Shown here: piece by piece, positions 40,233 through 50,551 of the stretch | Layout: every line of letters begins with the position of its first letter | Position numbering within the stretch: the first letter of the stretch is position 1 | Assembly (NCBI GenBank): GCA_964419835.1 | Contig: CAYQPT010000003.1 | Location: 799 to 64,798, forward strand | Direction: 5' to 3' | Source: an uncultured Candidatus Saccharibacteria bacterium | Lineage (GTDB): Bacteria; Patescibacteriota; UBA1384; XYA2-FULL-43-10; 1-14-0-10-43-13 | Length of the DNA: 64,000 bases | Notes under the pieces: model-generated | What the model was told of the DNA's origin: nothing | What the model saw: only the letters and a program-made list of their open reading frames with translations | Databases searched by the model: none | Translations under genes and position numbers: made by a program

Positions 40233-42305
40233 ATGGCACGAGATTACACCCTAGAAAAAGTTAGAAACTTTGGCACAATTGCCCACATTGACGCCGGTAA
40301 AACCACTGTTACTGAAGGCATTTTGTACATTTCTGGAAAAGTGCACAAAATCGGTGAGGTGCACGAAGGCGAAGCAACAATGGACTGGATGGAACAAGAG
40401 CGCGAACGTGGTATTACCATCACCTCTGCTGCTACAACCGCATTCTGGAAAGATAACCGTATTAATATCATTGACACTCCCGGTCACGTTGACTTCACAG
40501 TTGAAGTTGAACGGTCTCTTCGCGTACTCGACGGCGCTGTTGTTATTCTCGACGGAAAAATGGGTGTTGAGCCACAGTCGGAAACTGTTTGGCGACAGGC
40601 CGACAAATATCAAGTTCCTCGAATGTTTTTCTGCAATAAAATCAACCAAACCGGCGGTGATTTTTACCGCTCTTTGGACTCAGTTCATGAGAGATTATCT
40701 AAAAACGCCTACCCAATTCAGCTTCCAATCGGTTTCGAACAAGCCATCAACGGTGTTGTCGATTTAGTGGAAATGAAAGCATTAACCTATAAAGAATATA
40801 CAGACAAAGCCCTTACGGTTGGCGAAATTCCTGCCGATATGGTTGAAAAGGCCAACGAGTATAGAGAGAAATTAGTTGAAAAAGTTGTCGAGTATGATGA
40901 CGCAGCTATGGAAAAATACTTGGGCGGTGAAGAAATCTCTAACGACGAACTAAGGAAATTGATTCGAAAAGCTACCATTTCAGGCGAATTTTACCCAATG
41001 CTCGGTGGAGACGGAAGAGGCGTAATCGTTTCTGCCTTGCTTGATGCCATTGTTGATTATTTGCCTTCGCCGCTTGATGTTGTTCCTGCTAAAGCAACCG
41101 ATGCTAAAACCGGCGAAGAACTTGAGATCAAACCTACTGATACTGAGCCTCTTGCTGCTTTGGCATTCAAAGTTGCTTCAGACCCATTTGTTGGCAAATT
41201 GATCTTCTTCCGCGTTTATAGAGGCGTTATGAAAAAAGGATCCTACGTATTAAACGCAACTTCCGGAGAAAAAGAGAGAATCGGCCGAATTGTTCGATTA
41301 CACGCTAATCATCGGGAAGAAGTTGACGAAGTTTTTGCAGGTGAAATTGCCGCTGCGGTAGGACTGGCCAAGACAACCACAGGTGACACTCTTTGTGAAC
41401 TAACTGCTCCTGTAATTCTAGAAAAAATTGTATTTCCAGAGCCAGTTATTGATATTGCAATCGAGCCAAAAACTAAGGCCGACCAAGAGAAAATGGGTAT
41501 TGCTCTGCAGAGATTGGCCGAAGAAGATCCAACTTTTAGAGTTAGGAGCGATGAAGAAACAGGACAAACCATTATTGCCGGTATGGGCGAACTTCACCTT
41601 GAGATCATTGTCGACCGAATGAAACGCGAATTCAAAGTTGAAGCAAACGTTGGACAACCTCAGGTTGCTTTCCGTGAAACCTGCAAACAAGAAGTTACTC
41701 AAGAAGGTAAATATATCCGTCAGACCGGTGGCCGAGGACAATACGGTCATGTTTGGATCAAACTCATCCCTCAGGAAGCAGGTAAGGGCTTTGAATTTAT
41801 CAACAAAATTACCGGTGGTGCAATTCCTAAAGAGTTCATCAATCCTGTTCAGGCCGGCATTAAAGAAGCAATGGAACGGGGAGTAATGGCCGGTTATCCG
41901 GTTGTCGACGTTGCCGTTGAGCTTTACGATGGTTCCTTCCACGAAGTTGACTCTTCTGAAATCGCCTTTAAAATTGCCGCTTCGACAGCATTTCAAGATG
42001 GTTTTAAGAAAGCAGACCCTGTTATTCTAGAGCCAATCATGAAAGTTGAAGTAACAACTCCTGAAGAATCAATGGGTGATATTATCGGCGACCTTAACGC
42101 TAAGCGTGGTCAAATTCACAAAATGGAAGACCGAGCCAACTATAAAGTTATAAGAGCAGATGTACCACTTGCCTCAATGTTTGGTTATACTACAAACTTG
42201 CGCTCTATGTCACAGGGACGAGCATCTTCCGTAATGGAATTTTCACATTATGCCGAAGTTCCTGCGCATGTGGCAAAAGAAATCATCGAAAAACGATCAA
42301 AATAA
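40233..42305 (+). CDS. fusA: Elongation factor G (atypical G4 NKIN and G5 GGDGRG)
   Basis: [46 protein letters not shown]. Confidence 0.98.
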   Translation: MARDYTLEKVRNFGTIAHIDAGKTTVTEGILYISGKVHKIGEVHEGEATMDWMEQERERGITITSAATTAFWKDNRINIIDTPGHVDFTVEVERSLRVLDGAVVILDGKMGVEPQSETVWRQADKYQVPRMFFCNKINQTGGDFYRSLDSVHERLSKNAYPIQLPIGFEQAINGVVDLVEMKALTYKEYTDKALTVGEIPADMVEKANEYREKLVEKVVEYDDAAMEKYLGGEEISNDELRKLIRKATISGEFYPMLGGDGRGVIVSALLDAIVDYLPSPLDVVPAKATDAKTGEELEIKPTDTEPLAALAFKVASDPFVGKLIFFRVYRGVMKKGSYVLNATSGEKERIGRIVRLHANHREEVDEVFAGEIAAAVGLAKTTTGDTLCELTAPVILEKIVFPEPVIDIAIEPKTKADQEKMGIALQRLAEEDPTFRVRSDEETGQTIIAGMGELHLEIIVDRMKREFKVEANVGQPQVAFRETCKQEVTQEGKYIRQTGGRGQYGHVWIKLIPQEAGKGFEFINKITGGAIPKEFINPVQAGIKEAMERGVMAGYPVVDVAVELYDGSFHEVDSSEIAFKIAASTAFQDGFKKADPVILEPIMKVEVTTPEESMGDIIGDLNAKRGQIHKMEDRANYKVIRADVPLASMFGYTTNLRSMSQGRASSVMEFSHYAEVPAHVAKEIIEKRSK

Positions 42306-42400
42306 TACGGATATACGGATTACAACAAGATATAGGGATGTACGGATAAATAACAAATCTGTAAATCTGTAAATCAGCGAAAGATCTGTAAATCTGTATT
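42306..42400 (+). repeat. Family B spacer hairpin (tacggata / atctgtaa)
   Basis: 8-nt units; homologous to 49487-49575 and 53171-53258. Confidence 0.9.
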
Positions 42401-42409
42401 GCAGAGATA

Positions 42410-42438
42410 TTGCATTATTATAGGTTATTTGTTATAAT
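42410..42438 (+). promoter_or_regulatory. Internal tuf promoter
   Basis: TTGCAT-17 nt-(TGt)TATAAT. Confidence 0.7.
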
Positions 42439-42520
42439 CAATCAGAAATATAAAATTAAATAAGTTACTAGTGCCCCACTTTATTAAGCGGGGTAATTCC
42501 CATTCGGGAAAGGAGAATTA

Positions 42521-43699
42521 ATGGCTGCAGAAAAATTCGAACGAACAAAGCCGCATGTAAACGTCGGTACCATCGGTCACGTTGACCACGGTAAGACTAC
42601 TTTGACTGCGGCTATTACTCACGTCCTTGCTAAAAAAGGCATGGCTGCTGAGAAGAAATTTGAGGACATTGACAATGCTCCTGAAGAGAAAGAGCGTGGT
42701 ATTACCATTGCTACTTCCCACCAAGAGTATGAAACAGACAAAAGACACTACGCTCACGTAGACTGTCCGGGCCACGCTGACTATGTTAAAAACATGATCA
42801 CCGGTGCTGCACAGATGGACGGCGCAATTTTGGTTGTTTCAGCTGCTGATGGTCCTATGCCTCAAACAAGAGAGCATATCCTTCTTGCAAACCAGATTGG
42901 TGTTCCGGCAATCGTTGTTTACCTAAACAAGTGCGATATGGTTGACGATGCTGAGCTTTTGGATCTTGTTGAGATGGAAGTAAGAGAACTTTTGACCAAG
43001 TACAAATATGATGGCGACAATGCCAAGATTATTCGCGGATCAGCCCTTAAGGCGCTTGAAGATGATGCAAATTACACAAAATCAATTGACGAACTTATGG
43101 ACGCCATTGATGAAGCTATTCCAGAACCAAAAAGAGAAATCGATAAACCTTTCTTGATGCCGGTTGAAGATGTCTTCTCAATCAAAGGCCGAGGCACAGT
43201 TGCCACAGGCAGAATTGAGCAGGGTATCGTAAAAATCGGTGATGAAGTTGAAATCGTTGGTATTAAAAAGACTTCCAAAACTGTTGTTACTGGTGTTGAA
43301 ATGTTTAAAAAGCAGCTCGACCAAGGTCAAGCCGGCGACAATGTCGGACTTTTGATTCGAGGTATTGAGCGAGAAGATATTGAAAGAGGTCAAGTTTTGG
43401 CCAAACCAGGTTCAATTACTCCTCACACAGAGTTTGATGCAGAAATTTACGCTTTGACCAAAGAGGAAGGCGGACGACACAGCCCATTCTTCAAAGGTTA
43501 CAAACCTCAATTCTACATCCGAACAACCGATGTAACCGGTGAAATCGAATTTGAGCAAGAAATGATCATGCCTGGCGATACTGCCAAAGTTAAAGTTAAA
43601 CTTATCCAGCCGATTGCTATGGACGAAGGACTTAAGTTTGCTATCAGAGAAGGTGGTAAAACAGTTGGTGCCGGCGTCGTAACAAAGATCAATAAATAA
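42521..43699 (+). CDS. tuf: Elongation factor Tu
   Basis: [25 protein letters not shown]. Confidence 0.99.
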   Translation: MAAEKFERTKPHVNVGTIGHVDHGKTTLTAAITHVLAKKGMAAEKKFEDIDNAPEEKERGITIATSHQEYETDKRHYAHVDCPGHADYVKNMITGAAQMDGAILVVSAADGPMPQTREHILLANQIGVPAIVVYLNKCDMVDDAELLDLVEMEVRELLTKYKYDGDNAKIIRGSALKALEDDANYTKSIDELMDAIDEAIPEPKREIDKPFLMPVEDVFSIKGRGTVATGRIEQGIVKIGDEVEIVGIKKTSKTVVTGVEMFKKQLDQGQAGDNVGLLIRGIEREDIERGQVLAKPGSITPHTEFDAEIYALTKEEGGRHSPFFKGYKPQFYIRTTDVTGEIEFEQEMIMPGDTAKVKVKLIQPIAMDEGLKFAIREGGKTVGAGVVTKINK

Positions 43700-43703
43700 A
43701 TTT

Positions 43704-43776
43704 TCAGTTGTCAGTAAATCAGTAAATCGGTTGTCAGTTCTTATACTTACAACTGATTCACTTACAACTTACAACT
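43704..43776 (+). repeat. Family A spacer hairpin (cagtaaat / acttacaact)
   Basis: tcagttgtcagtaaatcagtaaatcggttgtcagt ... acttacaactgattcacttacaacttacaact. Confidence 0.9.
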
Positions 43777-43855
43777 AGTAATATCGTTCGCAGTGGGGCC
43801 TAATCTAAAATTGGGCTTCACACGAAAAGTATCAACATAATTCAAGAAAAAAGAA

Positions 43856-44179
43856 ATGCCAGAGAAAAGTGCAGTAAAACAGAAGATTAGGATCAAGCTT
43901 AAAGCTTATGATTATCGAATCATCGACAAATCAGCTGAGCAGATCATTCAAACCGCTATCCGATCAGGCGCAGCTGTCGCCGGACCGGTTCCGCTTCCTA
44001 CAGAAACAAGCAAGGTGACTGTTATCAAGTCTCCCCATGTTCACAAGGATTCACGCGAACAGTTTGAAATGAGAGTTCACAAACGATTGATTGATATCTT
44101 AAATCCTACTTCCAAAACAATCGATAACCTTATGGGGCTTGACCTTCCGCACGGCGTTGACATTGAGATCAAAATGTAG
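43856..44179 (+). CDS. rpsJ: 30S ribosomal protein uS10
   Basis: [29 protein letters not shown]. Confidence 0.99.
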   Translation: MPEKSAVKQKIRIKLKAYDYRIIDKSAEQIIQTAIRSGAAVAGPVPLPTETSKVTVIKSPHVHKDSREQFEMRVHKRLIDILNPTSKTIDNLMGLDLPHGVDIEIKM

Positions 44180-44350
44180 TATGCTGGTCTAAGCGATCAG
44201 TTATATTTGCGCTTAATAAAAAGGTCCTGGATATCGTCTCGCCAATCGGCGGATGGATCCAAGACATATTATTTATGTAGCAGGCAAATAAATGACGATT
44301 AGTCATTTATTGTTTGCCACTTAAGTAGGCAAAAACCTTAACATTATTAC

Positions 44351-44953
44351 TGTCCTTAGGCCGTCTGGGATCCTGCATGACCAGGATGGATTGGGCGGCT
44401 CTCGCTCTCCCTTTATGGGGAGATCGCTGAGATTGAGCGTACAACGCTCTCTAAGGATGAGGTCTCGGAGATCTTACCTAAGCCCGGTGGCTGCTGGGGG
44501 ATCACTTCTTGGGTTTGAAATCTGAGACTTCAATTTACCACGCAGTGCGTGTAATATCGCCTGTGTGGGAGGGTTATGTGCTTACTTTTCCTGGATTGGA
44601 GACTCGCAAACGTTGCCTTTCAGATCAGGTAAGTATCATCACCCCCCGGAGAGCAGCCCACTTAGCGACCCTCGAGTTGCGGGTATAGGGGCGACTCTCT
44701 CACTCTTTCTGGCAGTTCTTGGAAAGATGAGAGTTTTGAGTAAGAGGCTCTACCCTCTCCGGGAAACAAGTTCCATCAGTCTTTCGCACAGCGTTTGTAT
44801 TGCGTAGTGCCGCTGTGGGGAAGGAAGCAGAATCAGCACTCAGGTCGGTTGATTCTGTCAAGTAGCAGGGTACTCCCCCTGCTGCTACCAAGGGGTATTA
44901 TACCCCTTCTGTCGGAGTAGGTGGTGCGTTCAGTGCTCCTGCACCACCTACTC
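44351..44953 (+). ncRNA. Large (~600 nt) highly structured putative non-coding RNA of unknown class
   Basis: More than 15 consecutive or nested helices found by eye, many with G-U pairs on the + strand; no credible ORF; not recognised as RNase P, tmRNA, SRP or a group I/II intron. Confidence 0.7.
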
Positions 44954-45188
44954 AAAATCTTTAACAATTTATTGTTTGAACAAAGTGAGAACTAAAGCAA
45001 TTTACTTATCGCTCCGCTCGAAGAATAAATAGGATCCTTAAACAAGATACAGATCCCGAAACAAGTTTGGGATGACGCAAAGCGTCAGTTCAGGATGACG
45101 ACAAAATTATCATTCGCTATCTGTAAATTCGTAAAATTAGTAATCTCCTGCAGCAGCAGGATCCCGCTTCCAGCGGGGCATAGTCACG

Positions 45189-45935
45189 ATGAAATTCATA
45201 TTAGCAAGAAAAATTGGGATGACACGCGTATTCGACCAAGACGGCCGAAGTTTTGCAGTTACTAAAATTGCCGCTTTGCCTTGCTCTATCTCACAGGTTA
45301 AGGACAAAGAGAAAGACAAATACAAAGCAGTTCAAGTTTCCGCCTATAAAGGCGAGACCTCGCCCGTTAAGGGCGGGAGTGCCATCAAAAGGAAAACCGT
45401 GAAGATTGCTGAATTCAAAGAGCAAAACAGTAAAAGATATAAAATGGGTGAAGATGTTAACCTGAAACAGTTTAAGAAAGACGAAATGGTAACTGTTGAA
45501 GGCACAGGAAAAGGCAAAGGTTTTGCCGGTACAGTTAAACGACATGGTTTTGCCATGGGTCCTGTTTCACACGGCTCAAAGAACATTCGAAAGCCCGGTT
45601 CAATCGGCGGCGGATATCCACAAAGAGTCGTAAAAGGACGAAAAATGGCCGGACGGATGGGTGGACAAAATGTTACTGTTAAAAACCTAAAAATTGTTGA
45701 TGTAGATGACCAGTTTATCTTGATTGCAGGAAGCATTCCCGGACCAAACAAATCAATCGTAAAAGTTTATGGCAAAGGCGAAAAAGCCGAAGAAGTAATT
45801 GACCACGCAGCCGAGGAAGAAAAATTGGCACAGGAAAAGATGCTTGAAGCTGACAAAGAAGCCAAAGAGGAGAAGAAAGAAGATCAAGTTGTGAGTGAAG
45901 CTTCACCGGTCGAAGAGTCAACAGAAGATAAATAA
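45189..45935 (+). CDS. rplC: 50S ribosomal protein uL3 with acidic C-terminal tail
   Basis: KIGMTRVF, GKGKGFAG, HGS...PGSIG, KMAGRMG. Confidence 0.98.
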   Translation: MKFILARKIGMTRVFDQDGRSFAVTKIAALPCSISQVKDKEKDKYKAVQVSAYKGETSPVKGGSAIKRKTVKIAEFKEQNSKRYKMGEDVNLKQFKKDEMVTVEGTGKGKGFAGTVKRHGFAMGPVSHGSKNIRKPGSIGGGYPQRVVKGRKMAGRMGGQNVTVKNLKIVDVDDQFILIAGSIPGPNKSIVKVYGKGEKAEEVIDHAAEEEKLAQEKMLEADKEAKEEKKEDQVVSEASPVEESTEDK

Positions 45936-45936
45936 T

Positions 45937-46002
45937 CGTAGCAGGTATCAGGTAGCAGGTATTATGCAACCTCCTGATACATACTACCTAATACATTATA
46001 CG
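45937..46002 (+). repeat. Family C spacer hairpin (gtagcag / tactac)
   Basis: 7-nt units cgtagcaggtatcaggtagcaggtat ... gatacatactacctaatac. Confidence 0.75.
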
Positions 46003-46012
46003 AAACAAGAAA

Positions 46013-46687
46013 ATGAAAGTATCAGTTTTTACAAAATCGGGTGAGAAAAAAGAAGATTTGACACTGTCAAACATATTCGGCGTAGAAGTTAGCGGAAAAG
46101 CGGCTACTCTTTATATTAATTATTTGCGTGCAGCGCTCAGGTTTCCTGTTGCAAACACAAAAAACCGAGGCGAGGTATCTGGCGGTGGACGCAAACCTTA
46201 CAGACAAAAAGGTACTGGTAATGCTCGAGCCGGTTCAAGCCGTTCCCCTCTATGGGTTGGCGGTGGTGTAACATTTGGCCCGACAAACGACCAGAACTTT
46301 CACAAAAGAATCAATTCAAGAGAGAAAAGACGGGTTATCCTAGGTCTTATTTCGGAGTTGATTAAAGACAACAAAATGATTGTCTTGGAAGGAATTTCCG
46401 AGGAAATCAAAAAGACTAAAGAAGCAGCACAAATTTTATCCAGCGTTAAAGCCGAAGGTAAAGTTTCAGTAATCCTGTCCAAGGAAAACGGCACAGCATA
46501 TGTATCTTTCAGAAACATTGCCGGTGTTAAAATCATGAGCCCTTCAAAACTGGACATGATTTACCTGACATCTTCCGATAAAGTTGTTGTTTCAAAAGAA
46601 GCACTTGCACAATTGGAAAGTATTTTTACCCCAAAAGACAAGTCACTTTCAGATTCAACGGAAATAGAAAAAGGAGAGCATAAGTAA
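46013..46687 (+). CDS. rplD: 50S ribosomal protein uL4
   Basis: [27 protein letters not shown]. Confidence 0.98.
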   Translation: MKVSVFTKSGEKKEDLTLSNIFGVEVSGKAATLYINYLRAALRFPVANTKNRGEVSGGGRKPYRQKGTGNARAGSSRSPLWVGGGVTFGPTNDQNFHKRINSREKRRVILGLISELIKDNKMIVLEGISEEIKKTKEAAQILSSVKAEGKVSVILSKENGTAYVSFRNIAGVKIMSPSKLDMIYLTSSDKVVVSKEALAQLESIFTPKDKSLSDSTEIEKGEHK

Positions 46688-46756
46688 ATCAGTAAATCAG
46701 TTGTCAGTAAATCAGATACAAAACTTACAACTTATTCACTTACAACTTACAACTTA
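46682..46756 (+). repeat. Family A spacer hairpin
   Basis: agtaaatcagtaaatcagttgtcagtaaatcag ... acttacaacttattcacttacaacttacaactt. Confidence 0.9.
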
Positions 46757-46761
46757 AAATC

Positions 46762-47121
46762 ATGAGTAATATCATCAAAAAAGTATTAGTTTCAGAAAAG
46801 AGTTTTAGAGATGCCACTTTAGGCAAATATACTTTTGTTGTTGACTCTGGCGCCGATAAAGAAGGCATTGCTAGAATGTGCGAAAGATTGTTTAATGTAA
46901 CTGTTCTTTCTGTTAATTCAATGAATGTTATGGGTAAAGTTAAGACCACCAAACGGATCAAAGGAAGAAGAAGCGATTTCAAAAAAGTCATCTTGACTCT
47001 AAAACCTGGAGACAAAATAGATTTATTTGAAACAGAAGACAAAGAGGACAAGAAAAAAGACAAAAAGGCAGAAAAGAAACTAGAAAAGTCAAAAGTTAAA
47101 GATAAAGATAAGGCAAAATAA
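46762..47121 (+). CDS. rplW: 50S ribosomal protein uL23 with Lys/Asp tail
   Basis: SEKS, YTFVV, VNSMNV.GKVK, FKKVILTL; operon position. Confidence 0.95.
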   Translation: MSNIIKKVLVSEKSFRDATLGKYTFVVDSGADKEGIARMCERLFNVTVLSVNSMNVMGKVKTTKRIKGRRSDFKKVILTLKPGDKIDLFETEDKEDKKKDKKAEKKLEKSKVKDKDKAK

Positions 47122-47127
47122 TTAAGC

Positions 47128-47203
47128 TGTAGTATGTATAAGGTATCATGTATTAGGCGGTTTTCGTCCCTACTACTTACTACCTACTACTTACTACCTA
47201 CTA
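47128..47203 (+). repeat. Family C spacer hairpin
   Basis: tgtagtatgtataaggtatcatgtattagg ... cctactacttactacctactacttactacctacta. Confidence 0.8.
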
Positions 47204-47206
47204 AGA

Positions 47207-48043
47207 ATGGCACTTCGAATCGTAAAACCTACCGGAAATGCTCGAAGACAGATGTCTGTCACTAATTTTTCGTCTCTTGATAAAAATCCAAAGAGAATCA
47301 AAAGCTTAACTTTCGGCGTTAAGAGAATTTCAGGTAGAAACAGTGCCGGTCAGCTTGTTGTTAGAAGAAGAGGCGGCGGAGCCAAAAAGCTTTACAGAAT
47401 GGTTGATTTTTCCAGAGTTTCTCATATGGGCGAAAAAGCAACCGTAATCGGTATAGAATACGATCCAAACAGAACTGCTCATATTGCACTTATTCAGTAC
47501 GAATCAGGTGAAAAATCATATATTTTAGCGCCTAATGGTCTGGAAAAAGGCAAAGATGTAGTTTGCGACGAAAAGACTTTGGTAAAAACCGGAAATTGCA
47601 TGAAGATTAAAAACATTCCGGTTTCAACTCAAATTCACAATGTCGAATTGGTAAATGGCAAAGGTGGTCAAATATGCCGCGGTGCTGGTAGTTTCGCAAC
47701 ACTTCTTGGTGTTGACGGAAAATATGCCCAGCTTCGAATGCCATCGGGTGAGATTAGAAAGGTTCTGGCGGAAAATTTCGCTTCTATTGGTATTGTGTCC
47801 AACTTGGATCACAGTAACATTAAAATCGGAAAAGCTGGCAGAACACGTTACATGGGAATTCGTCCTTCCGTTCGCGGTAAGGCAATGAACCCTTGCGATC
47901 ATCCACATGGTGGTGGTGAAGGCGGTACCTCAATCGGTATGTCGCATCCAAAGACTCCATGGGGTGCTCCAGCGCTTGGTCCAAGAACACGAAACAAGAA
48001 GAAACCTAATGCCAAGTTGGTATTAAACAGAAGGAAGAAATAA
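47207..48043 (+). CDS. rplB: 50S ribosomal protein uL2
   Basis: [30 protein letters not shown]. Confidence 0.99.
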   Translation: MALRIVKPTGNARRQMSVTNFSSLDKNPKRIKSLTFGVKRISGRNSAGQLVVRRRGGGAKKLYRMVDFSRVSHMGEKATVIGIEYDPNRTAHIALIQYESGEKSYILAPNGLEKGKDVVCDEKTLVKTGNCMKIKNIPVSTQIHNVELVNGKGGQICRGAGSFATLLGVDGKYAQLRMPSGEIRKVLAENFASIGIVSNLDHSNIKIGKAGRTRYMGIRPSVRGKAMNPCDHPHGGGEGGTSIGMSHPKTPWGAPALGPRTRNKKKPNAKLVLNRRKK

Positions 48044-48330
48044 TGTCCAGATCACTCAAAAAAGGCCCATTTATTGATGAAAAGTTGATGAAGAAGGTTT
48101 TGAAAGCGAATTCGACAAATGATCGAAAACCGATTAAGACCTGGGCAAGATTTTCTACTATTACCCCTGAAATGGTTGGTTTAACCTTCGCAGTTCACAA
48201 TGGTAAAGATCACCTTCCCGTATTCGTTGTTGAGGACATGGTTGGTTATAAGCTGGGTGAATTTTCTCCTACGAGAAAGTTTAGAAGCCACGGCGGTAAG
48301 ATGGCCAAAGAACAAGCTAAGGGAAAGTAA
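48043..48330 (+). CDS. rpsS: 30S ribosomal protein uS19
   Basis: [24 protein letters not shown]. Confidence 0.99.
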   Translation: MSRSLKKGPFIDEKLMKKVLKANSTNDRKPIKTWARFSTITPEMVGLTFAVHNGKDHLPVFVVEDMVGYKLGEFSPTRKFRSHGGKMAKEQAKGK

Positions 48331-48337
48331 ATATTAA

Positions 48338-48422
48338 TCAAGTAGTCAGTAAATCAGTTGTCAGTAAATCAGCAGATATAAAACTTACAACTTATTCACT
48401 TACAACTTACAACTTACAACTG
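48338..48422 (+). repeat. Family A spacer hairpin
   Basis: agtagtcagtaaatcagttgtcagtaaatcag ... acttacaacttattcacttacaacttacaacttacaactg. Confidence 0.9.
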
Positions 48423-48429
48423 AAATATT

Positions 48430-48840
48430 ATGGAAATCAAAGTAAAAAGTTTATATTTGAAAGCATCACCCTTCAAAGTCAGACCGGCATTGCATGGTCT
48501 TTTAGGGCAAAATGCACAGAAAGCTTATGTTGCGCTTAGGTTTACAAATAAAAAAGGCGCAGGGTTCATGGCGGGACTTTTAAAGTCAGCAATTGCCATT
48601 GGCAAAGAAAACGACCTTGACCTTGATAAACTTTACATTAAATCAGTTAACTGCACCGAAGGCCCAAGATTAAAGAGAAGACAGATTAAGGCAAGAGGCC
48701 GTTCTGACGCTATACAGAAGAGAATGTGTCACTTGAATCTTATTATTTCAGATATTGCCGACCAAAAGATTAAAGAGAAGAAGCCGGAAGTTAAAAAAGT
48801 TAAAGAAAAACCCGCTAAGAAACCAGCAGTAAAAAGCTAA
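48430..48840 (+). CDS. rplV: 50S ribosomal protein uL22 with Lys-rich tail
   Basis: SPFKVR, LKSAIA, EGPRLKR...ARGR. Confidence 0.95.
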   Translation: MEIKVKSLYLKASPFKVRPALHGLLGQNAQKAYVALRFTNKKGAGFMAGLLKSAIAIGKENDLDLDKLYIKSVNCTEGPRLKRRQIKARGRSDAIQKRMCHLNLIISDIADQKIKEKKPEVKKVKEKPAKKPAVKS

Positions 48841-48847
48841 GGAAATT

Positions 48848-49486
48848 ATGGGACAAAAAGTCAATCCAACATCAATGCGACTGAAGATCAACGAGAGCTG
48901 GAAATCTCTCTGGTTTGGCGGACAAAATTACGCCGACAACCTTATATCTGACTTGAAAATCAGAAAAATGTTGGAAACACGGCTTAAAGAAGCATCACTT
49001 TCTGAGATTATCATCCGACGAGATGCAAATAAGGTTACAATTGACATTCATTCCGGTAGACCCGGTGTTATCATCGGACGAGGCGGAGCAGGTACAGATG
49101 AATTGAAGAAAATACTTCAGAAAAGCTTAACCGGACGAGTTCAGATAAACATCATTGAAGTCAAAAAGCCCGATGCAGATGCCAGCATAATCGCACAAAA
49201 TGTTGCCTCCCAGATTGAAAGAAGAATTCCATTCCGAAGAGCAATCAAGCAGGCAATTGAGAAAGCAAAGGAATCCGGAGTTCAAGGTATTAAAATCCTT
49301 GTCTCAGGACGATTAAACGGTGCAGACATTGCAAGGTCAGAAAAAAATTCCTTCGGAACAGTTCCGCTTTCAATGTTTAAGAGCAATATTGAGTTCAAAC
49401 ATATCCAAGCCCATACCACTTTCGGTGTAATTGGAGTCAAAGTCTGGGTGTACAAGGGCGAACGAGGAATGAAAGAAGAAGCTTAA
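48848..49486 (+). CDS. rpsC: 30S ribosomal protein uS3
   Basis: MGQKVNP, RPGVIIGR, SGRLNGADIAR. Confidence 0.99.
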   Translation: MGQKVNPTSMRLKINESWKSLWFGGQNYADNLISDLKIRKMLETRLKEASLSEIIIRRDANKVTIDIHSGRPGVIIGRGGAGTDELKKILQKSLTGRVQINIIEVKKPDADASIIAQNVASQIERRIPFRRAIKQAIEKAKESGVQGIKILVSGRLNGADIARSEKNSFGTVPLSMFKSNIEFKHIQAHTTFGVIGVKVWVYKGERGMKEEA

Positions 49487-49575
49487 ATACAAATATACGG
49501 ATTTATAAACAAGATATACAGATGTACGGATAATCTGTAAATCTGTAAATCCGAGCAAGATCCGTAAATCGGTAT
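49487..49575 (+). repeat. Family B spacer hairpin
   Basis: atacaaatatacggat...gatgtacggat / atctgtaaatctgtaaatccg...atccgtaaatcggtat. Confidence 0.9.
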
Positions 49576-49589
49576 AAAGGAAATAAATC

Positions 49590-50003
49590 ATGTTGATGCC
49601 AAAGAAAATGAAATTTAGAAAGCAGCAAAGAGGAAGCAACCGCGGACAAGCAACTCGCGGCAATACTCTTGCTTTTGGTAAGTTTGGTATCAAGACATTG
49701 GAAGGCGGCTGGATTTCGGCAAGAGAGATAGAAGCTGCACGACGAGCCATGACAAGATATATTAAGCGTGGTGGTGAAGTTTGGATCCGCGTATTTCCCG
49801 ACAAGCCAGTTACCATGACTTCGGCAGAAGTGCCTATGGGATCAGGAAAAGGTGCCGTAGATCACTTTGTTGCAGTTATCCAACCCGGTAGAATATTATT
49901 TGAAATGGATGGCGTTGAAGGAATAGTTGCTAAAGAGGCAATGCGTTTAGCACAACACAAACTTTCTGTTAAGACCAAATTCGTCAGCAAGGAGGAAATG
50001 TGA
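49590..50003 (+). CDS. rplP: 50S ribosomal protein uL16
   Basis: [29 protein letters not shown]. Confidence 0.99.
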   Translation: MLMPKKMKFRKQQRGSNRGQATRGNTLAFGKFGIKTLEGGWISAREIEAARRAMTRYIKRGGEVWIRVFPDKPVTMTSAEVPMGSGKGAVDHFVAVIQPGRILFEMDGVEGIVAKEAMRLAQHKLSVKTKFVSKEEM

Positions 50004-50215
50004 AAGTAAAAGAACAAATGAAGAAATATAGAGAAATGAAAGATTCCGATCTTGCAGCTGAGCTTAAAAATATTAAGAAAGAATTAACTCTAGCTTCTCT
50101 TAAAGTTAAAGTCGGAAAGCAGTCAGATATTTCACAGGTAAAGAAAATTAAGAAGAATATCGCCAGAATTAATTCAATCGTTACTGAAAAAGCATACGGA
50201 GTATCAAATGAATAA
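50000..50215 (+). CDS. rpmC: 50S ribosomal protein uL29
   Basis: Operon position; KKNIARINS. Confidence 0.9.
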   Translation: MKVKEQMKKYREMKDSDLAAELKNIKKELTLASLKVKVGKQSDISQVKKIKKNIARINSIVTEKAYGVSNE

Positions 50216-50453
50216 TAAAGTCATAAGAACCAAAAAAGGCACAGTTGTTTCTGACAAGATGGATAAAACCGTTGTTGTTTCAGTTGACCGGATTAAAGAG
50301 CACCCACTTTACAAGAAGAAGTATACTGTAAGCAAGAAATATAAGGCAGACGATCAGGAAAATCAGTACAAAGTCGGCGATGTTGTTGAGATAACAGGAA
50401 CAAGACCGATCAGTAGAGATAAGAAGTATAAGGTATTAAGGAAGGTTAATTAG
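50208..50453 (+). CDS. rpsQ: 30S ribosomal protein uS17
   Basis: [28 protein letters not shown]. Confidence 0.98.
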   Translation: MNNKVIRTKKGTVVSDKMDKTVVVSVDRIKEHPLYKKKYTVSKKYKADDQENQYKVGDVVEITGTRPISRDKKYKVLRKVN

Positions 50454-50543
50454 TAAGTTAGCCGGGTAGTCGGGTAGTTGGGTAACAGATGATGTTGAGA
50501 ACACTAACTAACAAACAAACCAACTAACCAACGATCAAACTAG
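50451..50543 (+). repeat. Family D spacer hairpin (G/T-rich left arm, A/C-rich right arm)
   Basis: tagtaagttagccgggtagtcgggtagttgggt ... actaactaacaaacaaaccaactaaccaac. Confidence 0.7.
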
Positions 50544-50551
50544 GAATTATT

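Noticed and set aside
44351-44953. RNase P RNA, tmRNA or group II intron assignment; ORFs 44565-44807 and 44700-44891
   Set aside because: No GAGGAAAGUCC or matching P4 strand on either strand, no tRNA-like ends or tag frame, and gtgcg at 44545 has no recognisable domain V/VI. The short ORFs lack an RBS and protein-like features. Rejection is by eye only; cmscan is still needed.
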